Assembly (NCBI GenBank): GCA_965204535.1
Contig: CBDBEV010000001.1
Coordinates: 512,001 to 576,000, forward strand
From: a bacterium
GTDB lineage: Bacteria; UBA8248
DNA: 64,000 nt
Reading direction: 5' to 3'
Shown piece after piece: positions 57,398 through 64,000 of this stretch. The notes below the pieces were generated by a model. It saw nothing but the letters and a program-made list of their open reading frames with translations. It was not told the origin of the DNA and searched no databases. The position numbers and the translations under genes are program-made. Position 1 is the stretch's first letter. Every line of letters begins with the position of its first letter.

Positions 57398-57597
57398 GGC
57401 GCGCGAACATAAGGAAAGAACGAGCGCCCGTTCAATCGTTGTCTCTAGCGCGGAAGGTACACCCGGGAAGAGTCCGCGACCGCTCCTGCGAGCGGATCGC
57501 TCACTGGTTCAGCCTGAAATCAAGGGCGTTTCCCGGAAAACGAAGGTCGCCGGAGAACGTGCAGCGAGGCGCTGCGGAAAAAAAGGAACAATGCCGC

Positions 57598-57783
57598 TCA
57601 CACCGCGGCGCCCTGTTTCGCGAGTCGTCGCTGCGAATGGCGCTCCGGCATGACCGGCGATTGGCGGCGCCCGGCGAGTTGCATCTCGACCGGAGAAGCC
57701 CCTGCCGCGGCAAGGCGCTGCGCGCTGCCCGTCCGCCGGATGTGTCCGCCGCCCCGACCTTCCACGCCCGCGTCCGTTCGCAC
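57598..57783 (-). pseudogene. Degenerate 3' fragment of the Cre-like recombinase
   Basis: AGVEGRGGGHIRRTGSAQRLAAAGASPVEMQLAGRRQSPVMPERHSQRRLAKQGA aligns with the recombinase C-terminus. The catalytic W and Y are lost. Confidence 0.85.
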
Positions 57784-58162
57784 ATTCCCGGTCGGTTTTC
57801 AACGCTTTCCGCAGCAAGTCATCCCACTCTCCATTCTTTTCCTTCCCTCCCTCGCGGGGAAACCTGAATTTATTTTCCGCATCACTGCGCAGCGTGTCGC
57901 GCACGCGGGCGCAAACCCGGCGGGAACGTCACCGGGACGCTAAAGTTGATGATTGCAGTGCGATTATTTTTGCTTTATGTTCGCTCGCCATGAAAATTCC
58001 CGAGCGCCGGACACACGGCTTTGGAGGGGCGATTGGGATGCGGCGTCGCCGTCTTCCGCGGCTTGCGGCGCCCGGATCCGAAACCACTCGCCGGGACAAG
58101 GCGCCCGGCGCATTCACGAACAGGCCCCGGCTTCCGGGGCCGATCATGAAGAAAAAGGAGAG

Positions 58163-58396
58163 ATGCGCATGAACGAGACTGACAGGAACTACCTGAGCAC
58201 CCGGCAGGCGGCGGAGTGGCTGGGCCTCTCGCCGAGGACGCTGGACCGCTACCGCGTGACCGGCGAGGGACCCGTCTTCCACCGCTTCGGCTCCCGGGTG
58301 CGCTACCTGCTCGCGGATCTGGAGGCGTGGGCCAAGTCGCGGCGGCGGGCGTCGACGTCGGACGACGGAGTCGCCGCAGGGAGGATGACGCGATGA
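58163..58396 (+). CDS. Excisionase-like HTH_17 DNA-binding protein
   Basis: YLSTRQAAEWLGLSPRTLDRYRVTGEGPVFHRFGSRVRY. AAGGAG RBS; first gene of the tra operon. Confidence 0.85.
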   Translation: MRMNETDRNYLSTRQAAEWLGLSPRTLDRYRVTGEGPVFHRFGSRVRYLLADLEAWAKSRRRASTSDDGVAAGRMTR

Positions 58397-58689
58397 AGGG
58401 ATTCTTCTGGAGCAGGCACGTCCTCGCCGCGCTCCTCTGGGCGCTGTGGGGATCCGGCGCCGCCTGGGCGACGTCGGACACGACGTTCGCGGGTCCGCTC
58501 GGGACGGTGACCGGGATCGTCTCGGGCACGGGCGGACAGCTGGCTGCCGCGCTCGCGGTAGGCGCGGCGCTCGTGGGTTCGGTGCTCCGCTTCAACGCGG
58601 CCCAACTCGCGGGCGCAGTCGGCGTGGGCATCGCGGCGGGCGCCGGGACAGGCGTCGTCACCGGTCTGGTCGGAACGGCGATCGTATGA
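58393..58689 (+). CDS. traA: Conjugative pilin (TraA-like)
   Basis: Signal peptide plus two hydrophobic helices, directly upstream of traL. Confidence 0.65.
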   Translation: MKGFFWSRHVLAALLWALWGSGAAWATSDTTFAGPLGTVTGIVSGTGGQLAAALAVGAALVGSVLRFNAAQLAGAVGVGIAAGAGTGVVTGLVGTAIV

Positions 58690-58698
58690 GGAGGGCGA

Positions 58699-58992
58699 AT
58701 GAGCGATCAGGCGAAACACGCCATCCCCTCTCGCTTGGACGACCCGGAGCGCTGGCTGTTCTGGACCCTGGACGAGGCGGCGGCGCTGCTGGGACCGGCG
58801 CTCCTGGGACTGGCGGCGAACGCCTTCCTGACGGGGCTCTTGGCCGGTCTCGCGGGCTGGGCATTGCTGCGCCGCGCGAAGCGGGGCGGCGGGGCGGACG
58901 TGGCGATCTGTGCGCTCTACTGGTTCCTGCCCGGCTTCGCGCTCGGGCTCAGGGGCGCGCCGCCGAGCCACCTGCGCCGCTTCATCGGATGA
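58699..58992 (+). CDS. traL: Conjugal transfer protein TraL
   Basis: IPSRLDDPERWLFWTLDE, LYWFLP, PPSHLRRFIG. Confidence 0.9.
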   Translation: MSDQAKHAIPSRLDDPERWLFWTLDEAAALLGPALLGLAANAFLTGLLAGLAGWALLRRAKRGGGADVAICALYWFLPGFALGLRGAPPSHLRRFIG

Positions 58993-59008
58993 GGAGGCTC
59001 CAGGGGAG

Positions 59009-59566
59009 ATGAAACGCGAACTGATGGAAGCCGAGCGCAGGCGCGTCCGGGACGGGCGCGCGGCGCTGGCGATACTTCTTGGCCTCTCGCTCCTGGCCAA
59101 CCTGGGACTGAGCTTGGGCCTCGCCTCTGTGGAGCGCATGACGGTGCTGGTGCCCGCGGTGGCGGGGCCGGCGTGGGAGGTCGGCGGCGGGCGGACGGGG
59201 ACCCGCTACCTCGAGGACATGGGGCGGACCGTGGCGGTGACGCTGCTGACGCTCACGCCCGAGAACGCGGAACACGCCCGCGAGGCGGCGGCGCGGCTCT
59301 CTCATGCCTCCGCGCGCGGCGCGGTCGGCGCCTGGGTCGCGGCCGAGGCCGGTCGCATGGCGCGGCGCGACCTCTCGACGGCGTTCTACCCCGGGCGGAT
59401 CGAGGCGGACCCCGGGAGGCTGACGGTCGTCGTGGGCGGAGAGCTCGCGACCTGGGTGGGGCGCGAGCCGGTCTCGCGCGAGCGGAAGCGCTACCGGCTC
59501 GTCTTCCGCGTGGACGCGGGCCGGATCGGCCTGCTTCGCTTCGAGGAACTGGAGGAGAATAAATGA
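59009..59566 (+). CDS. traE: Conjugal transfer protein TraE
   Basis: One TM segment, TVLVP, YLEDM, LTLTPEN, STAFYP. Lies between traL and traK. Confidence 0.85.
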   Translation: MKRELMEAERRRVRDGRAALAILLGLSLLANLGLSLGLASVERMTVLVPAVAGPAWEVGGGRTGTRYLEDMGRTVAVTLLTLTPENAEHAREAAARLSHASARGAVGAWVAAEAGRMARRDLSTAFYPGRIEADPGRLTVVVGGELATWVGREPVSRERKRYRLVFRVDAGRIGLLRFEELEENK

Positions 59567-60306
59567 CGCAATTGACGAGAAGAGGGGACGCCATCCCTCG
59601 CGCGCCGATTCAGGCGCTGCTCCTGGCCGCGATCTTTCTCTGGGCGGCGCCGGCGTCCGCGATGCAGATACTGGACGCCGCAGACCATGCGGAGCTCGTA
59701 GCCGAGATATCCGACCGCGCGGTGAGCCGGATAACGCTCGCCGGCGACCGGGTGGCGCGCGTGGTCCGGGGGCCGGACGGTTTCATGGTGGAACACGACA
59801 AGGCGCGCGGGGACCTCTACCTGCGTCCCCTGGAGGGCGCGAGCGGGGGCCGCGCGCCGGTGACGCTGTTCATCGGGACGGCGAAGGGCTTCACCTACCG
59901 GCTGACGCTGAGGACCGCCGCGCGCGATTCGGCGCAGATCATGATCCGGAACGCCGCCGCTACGCCACCGGGAAAAAACCTGAGGTCGGACAAGGGCCGC
60001 GTGGGAGCGATCGTGGCGCTGGTCCGCGCGGTCGTGCGGCGTAAAGTTCTCCCCGGCTATGTGATTCACACGGCATCCGGAACGCCGCGCCCAGAGGGCC
60101 TCGCGCTCCTGGAAACCTGGCGCGGGCGGCGGTTTATCGCGCACGTCTACGAGATGGGTTCCATTCCCGGGGACGACAACCAAACCATCATGGAAGGCCT
60201 CGCGCCGGGCGTAGCCGCGATCTGGGCGGGGAAGCCTGCGAGCGGTCCCTCGGACGGACGGCTCGTCGTGACCGTGCGCGAGGCCGGGCGTGGAGGGAGG
60301 CCGTGA
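59563..60306 (+). CDS. traK: Conjugal transfer protein TraK (F-type secretin-like)
   Basis: Signal peptide, IS..AVSRI, GDLYLRP, PVTLFIGT.KGFTYRL. Confidence 0.85.
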   Translation: MTQLTRRGDAIPRAPIQALLLAAIFLWAAPASAMQILDAADHAELVAEISDRAVSRITLAGDRVARVVRGPDGFMVEHDKARGDLYLRPLEGASGGRAPVTLFIGTAKGFTYRLTLRTAARDSAQIMIRNAAATPPGKNLRSDKGRVGAIVALVRAVVRRKVLPGYVIHTASGTPRPEGLALLETWRGRRFIAHVYEMGSIPGDDNQTIMEGLAPGVAAIWAGKPASGPSDGRLVVTVREAGRGGRP

Positions 60307-61529
60307 TGAGCGGTGCGGAAAAAACGACAATCGACCCCGAAAGCCGGAAGATCAGGAGCCGCCAATTGCTCCTGTTCTCGAGCCTGGCGGCTGCCGTGCT
60401 CTTCGCCTTCGCGGCCTGGTTCTCGGCGGGAGGCGGCGGGGCGCCGCCGCCACGCGGCGGGGTCCGGGCGGAACTCGCGGGCGCCGGGTCCGCGGAAGCC
60501 GTCTGGGTCAGGCGATCGGAATCCCGGATCGGCCAGATGGAGGCGCGGCTTCGCGATTTGGAGACGAAGAACCGGCGCTCGGAGGAGGAGAACGCGCGGC
60601 TCAGGGCGCGCCTCGCCAAGGGCGCGGCGGACGGGCGGATGGTGATCGACCGCCAGGCGGCGGCGATCGACGCGTTGCGCCAAAAACTCGACGCCCGCCC
60701 CGTCGCGCCCGTCTCGGCGAAGAAACCAGGGCCAAGTGCCGGGGGCAACAGCGCGCCGTCCGGCGGGAGAGCCTCATCGGCGAACCCGCCCATGATCCGG
60801 GAGTTTCATACCGGCACGGGAGTCGAGGGTACGAACGCCCCTGACAGGGGACCACGCCCCCTCTCCTCCTGGCTGCCCGCGGGCGCCTACGCGGAGGCGG
60901 TGGTGCTGGCGGGCGTGGACGCCTCGGCGGGCGTGTCCTCCCAGGGCGACCCGCGGCCCGTATTGTTTCGCCTCACGGGCAGGGCGCGGAGCGCCGCGGC
61001 GGAAGGCATAGCGATGGAAGCCGACGTCGAGGGGTGCACGCTGACGGGCGCCGCCTACGGCGATCTGTCGTCCGAGAAAGTCTACGTGCGGCTCCAGACC
61101 ATGACCTGCGCCGGGCTGGAACCCGGGACCGTGATCGAGACGAAGGTCTCGGGCTTCGTGGCGGGCGGCGGCAAGGCCGGCGTGCGGGGTCCGGTGGTGA
61201 GCCGCGAGGGAGCGCTCGTGGAGAAGGCCTTCCTCGCGGGCCTGGTATCGGGCGCGGGCGAGACCGCCGCCAACGTGCTCCAGGCGCCTGCCGGGACGGC
61301 GGGGGCCGAGAACGCGGCGAGCCTGGGCGATCTGGGACGCGCGGGGCTGGGCGCGGGCGCCGGGTCGGCCGGCCGCCGGGTGGCGGACTACCTGATCCGC
61401 CGGGCCGAGCAGTACCAGCCCGTTATCCAGCTGCAGACGGGAACGCGGGTCACGGTCGTGTTCATCGAGGGGACCCGGATCGACGGGCAGGATGAGAAGA
61501 AGAGCAACAACCACGGGAGGAATAAATGA
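60303..61529 (+). CDS. traB: Conjugal transfer protein TraB (VirB10-like)
   Basis: TM segment plus coiled coil, LPAGAY.EAVVL.GVDA, GDLSSEKVYVR, GVRGPVVSREG, RAEQYQPVI. Confidence 0.92.
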   Translation: MMSGAEKTTIDPESRKIRSRQLLLFSSLAAAVLFAFAAWFSAGGGGAPPPRGGVRAELAGAGSAEAVWVRRSESRIGQMEARLRDLETKNRRSEEENARLRARLAKGAADGRMVIDRQAAAIDALRQKLDARPVAPVSAKKPGPSAGGNSAPSGGRASSANPPMIREFHTGTGVEGTNAPDRGPRPLSSWLPAGAYAEAVVLAGVDASAGVSSQGDPRPVLFRLTGRARSAAAEGIAMEADVEGCTLTGAAYGDLSSEKVYVRLQTMTCAGLEPGTVIETKVSGFVAGGGKAGVRGPVVSREGALVEKAFLAGLVSGAGETAANVLQAPAGTAGAENAASLGDLGRAGLGAGAGSAGRRVADYLIRRAEQYQPVIQLQTGTRVTVVFIEGTRIDGQDEKKSNNHGRNK

Positions 61530-62023
61530 GAACGAATATCCAACAAAGAACCGGAATACCCTTGCGAGCGTTCGCCATGTTCCTTGGAGTCCTGCTGCTC
61601 ACGGGCTGCGCGGGAGGGAGCCACGTGGGCGAGAGCTGGCAATGCCCCATCGCGCAGGGCGTCGCCTGCCAGAGCGTATCCGAAGCGGACCCCGCTGTCG
61701 CGAGCGCAGGAGAAGACCTGAAAACCACAGGCCCCTCCCCGGGCCGTTCCGTTGAAACCACCGGAAGTACGGCCCTGAGCGACCTCCTCTCCTGGCTCAT
61801 GAAACTCTTTTCAGGCGAAGAGGCCGAGGAGGTGGCCACGGCAGAGCCGCTGATCGTTCCACAGCCGGCGGAAGAGACTCCGGTAGAGACGAACGAAAAC
61901 CTCCGCACGGAGGAGCGGATCGCGCGGATATGGATAGCGCCCTACGTGGACCGAGGCGGCGTCTATCGCGAAGGCCAATGGGTGCGGACGGTGATAAGGC
62001 CCGCGGGCTGGAGGCTGCCGTGA
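61526..62023 (+). CDS. traV: Conjugal transfer lipoprotein TraV
   Basis: Lipobox LTGC, WQCP..QGVACQSV, RIWIAPYVD. Confidence 0.9.
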   Translation: MRTNIQQRTGIPLRAFAMFLGVLLLTGCAGGSHVGESWQCPIAQGVACQSVSEADPAVASAGEDLKTTGPSPGRSVETTGSTALSDLLSWLMKLFSGEEAEEVATAEPLIVPQPAEETPVETNENLRTEERIARIWIAPYVDRGGVYREGQWVRTVIRPAGWRLP

Positions 62024-64000
62024 TGAAGCGCCTGCAGGATCTGTTCGGGGGAAACGAAGCGCTGAAACCCTGGACGCTCCCGGCCACGCCCGCCCCGCTC
62101 GTGGACCTGCTCCCCTGGCGGGCCTGGGACGAGTCGGGCGGGTTCTACGTGAACGCAGGCAACTGCGGCTTCGTCCTGGAACTCCCGCCCTTCGCCGGCG
62201 TGGACGAGGGAACCTTGGACGCCCTGGCGGGAACCCTGGCCGATTCGGCGCCCGATCGCTCGGTGGTGCAGGTGATCCACTGGACGAGCCCGCGCTACGG
62301 CGCCGCTATCGCGGAATGGGCCGGCCCGAGGGAGGCGGCGGGCGGGCTGCAGGCGGTGATGGCGAAACGCCGCGCGGCGCTGTTCACCGGCGCGGGCTGG
62401 CGTCCGCTCCACGCGGGCGGGCCGCCGTTCACCCTGAACGACTGTCGGGTGTTCCTCGCGGCCTGTCTGCCGGGGCGGCCGGGACCGGCGGCGGAGACCG
62501 CGCTCGGCGGCTTCCGCCGGGCGATCGAGGGCGCGCTCGCCTCGATCGGGACCTGGGCGCGGCGGATGGAGCCGGACGAATTGCTCTCGCTCGCGGCGGA
62601 ACTCACGGCCCCCGACCCTGAAGGGCTCCACGACGGCGGGCTCGAACGCCCCGGGAGGCGCTGGTCGCCGCGCGATCCGATTCACCTGCAATGCGCGGCG
62701 CCCGGACGCGCGATGAGCGTGGCGCCGGCGGGCCTCGTCTTCCACCATCCGGACGGGGCGGACGTGGCCGTGCGCGTGCTCTCCGCGCGCGCATACCCGG
62801 AGGTCTGGCCCGGCTGGCGGGGCAATGCGCTGATAGGCGACTTCTATCGCGACTTCCTGCAGCCCGGCGCGCCGGTCCTGACCGCGCTCACCGTGATGAT
62901 GGGCGAGGCGGCGGACGGGGAGCGCGCGTTCCTGAAATCCGCGCGCGCGACGCAGCAGGCGGGGACGGGGATCGCGCGCTACCTGCCGGGGCTGCCCGAG
63001 AAGGCGCGGGACTGGCGCTTCGTGACCGAGCGGCTGAAAGAGGGCGAACGCCTGGTCCGGGCGGGCTACGCCGTCTGCGTCTACGCGCCCTTGGACGCGA
63101 TAGACGAGGCCGAACAGGCGGTGCGCGCCATCTACCACGGACAGGGCTGGCGGCTGGGGGCGGAGCGTTACGCCCATCTCCCCGCCTGGCTCGCCTGCCT
63201 GCCCATGGCCGCGGCGGGCGGACTCGACGCCGACCTCGCCCGGATGGGCCGGATGAAGACGCTGCTCACCTCATCGGCCGTCAACCTCGCGCCCGTGCAC
63301 GGGGAGTGGCGCGGACAGAGAACGACTCCGGACGCGCCGCCGGCGCTCCTGCTCCTGGGGAGGCGCGGGCAGCCCGCCCCCTGGTCTCCTTTCGCGAACG
63401 AGGCGGGAAACTACAACGTGGCCGTGACGGGAAAGTCCGGCTCCGGCAAATCCGTGCTGATGCAGGAACTGGTCGCGGGCATCGCGGGCGCGGGAGGCGA
63501 GGCCGTCGTGATCGATGACGGACGATCCTTCCAGCACACGGCGGAAGCGCTGGGCGGCGCATTCATCGCCTTCGGCAAGGACCCCGCGCGGCTCAATCCC
63601 TTCGCCATGATCGATGCGGAAACGGCCGCGAGGGACGGCGACTACAGGGAGGAGTGCTTCGCCATGCTGGCCTCGGTCATAGGGCGCATGTGCCGGAGGC
63701 GCGGGCGGATTGACGACATCGAGGCGGCGCTTATTGATGAGGCCATCGCGCGCGCCTGGGAGGAAGCGGGCAACGACGCGGACCTGGAACTGGTGCAGAA
63801 AGGACTCGAGGCCGTAGGCGACAGGCGCGCATCCGACCTGGGCGTAGCGCTGGGACCCTGGTGTCCGGGCGGCGCGATGGGGCGGCTGTTCGAGGGGGGC
63901 GGGACGCCCGCGCTCGACGCCGCGCTCACCGTGTTCGAACTCGCGGAGCTCAAGGGCCGCGGCGACCTCCAGGGCGTCGTGCTCATGCTGGTCGTCTTCC
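62023..64000 (+). CDS. traC: Conjugal transfer ATPase TraC (VirB4-like), truncated by the window end
   Basis: MKRLQDLF...DLLPWRAWD..YVN..GFVLE, NYNVAVTGKSGSGKS (Walker A, ~63430), VIDDGRSF, LNPF. Confidence 0.92.
   Translation, partial: MKRLQDLFGGNEALKPWTLPATPAPLVDLLPWRAWDESGGFYVNAGNCGFVLELPPFAGVDEGTLDALAGTLADSAPDRSVVQVIHWTSPRYGAAIAEWAGPREAAGGLQAVMAKRRAALFTGAGWRPLHAGGPPFTLNDCRVFLAACLPGRPGPAAETALGGFRRAIEGALASIGTWARRMEPDELLSLAAELTAPDPEGLHDGGLERPGRRWSPRDPIHLQCAAPGRAMSVAPAGLVFHHPDGADVAVRVLSARAYPEVWPGWRGNALIGDFYRDFLQPGAPVLTALTVMMGEAADGERAFLKSARATQQAGTGIARYLPGLPEKARDWRFVTERLKEGERLVRAGYAVCVYAPLDAIDEAEQAVRAIYHGQGWRLGAERYAHLPAWLACLPMAAAGGLDADLARMGRMKTLLTSSAVNLAPVHGEWRGQRTTPDAPPALLLLGRRGQPAPWSPFANEAGNYNVAVTGKSGSGKSVLMQELVAGIAGAGGEAVVIDDGRSFQHTAEALGGAFIAFGKDPARLNPFAMIDAETAARDGDYREECFAMLASVIGRMCRRRGRIDDIEAALIDEAIARAWEEAGNDADLELVQKGLEAVGDRRASDLGVALGPWCPGGAMGRLFEGGGTPALDAALTVFELAELKGRGDLQGVVLMLVVF

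Larger units (their letters stand above)
34583..64000. mobile_element. Probable integrative conjugative element (F-type T4SS) with surface-protein cargo; continues beyond the window
   Basis: Contains tra genes, a recombinase, excisionase-like HTHs and IS elements. The left edge is inferred from a truncated chromosomal repeat at 34582 followed by an AT-rich att-like stretch. Confidence 0.6.

Noticed and set aside
57958-57985. Chromosomal dif site (GTGCGATTATT-TTTGCT-TTATGTTCGCT)
   Set aside because: Both arms match only partially. It is better explained by the duplicated motif at 57394-57412.
1-64000. tRNA or rRNA genes
   Set aside because: None were recognised by eye. tRNAscan-SE or barrnap would be needed to exclude them formally.

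Overview
GC-rich bacterial chromosomal window with two parts. Positions 1-34.5 kb hold host genes: a Liv-type ABC importer, an SsuABC/TauABC-type importer and a TAXI-TRAP catabolic cluster (Gfo/Idh/MocA oxidoreductase, hydantoinase/oxoprolinase A and B, class III aminotransferase). They also hold an orphaned HigA-ImmA antitoxin with a toxin remnant, a DsrE-family gene with an in-frame UGA (probable UxxC selenoprotein), an ATP-grasp/alpha-E/transglutaminase operon, an outer-membrane beta-barrel, a PD-(D/E)xK nuclease, mqnE, an mqnA-amidase in-frame fusion, a low-GC GmrSD-like gene and an alpha/beta hydrolase. Several families of palindromic, REP-like and MITE-like repeats fill the spacers. From about 34.58 kb to the window end lies a probable integrative conjugative element. 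It carries an intact IS66-family element with a DUF4338 passenger, a ~2800-aa autotransporter adhesin, an IS110/IS1111 element, two near-identical 901-aa surface lipoproteins, a Cre-like tyrosine recombinase, excisionase-like HTH genes and F-type traALEKBVC. Three signals stand out. (1) The IS1111 bridge/seek RNA can be read directly: its four guide segments match its own donor junction and its target, the edge of an (AGCCGAG)8 tract in the adhesin 5' end. (2) A candidate invertible sigma70 promoter lies between inverted dif/lox-like sites beside the Cre-like recombinase and points at the lipoprotein genes. (3) The DsrE selenoprotein candidate. All calls come from reading the sequence by eye; no searches were run.
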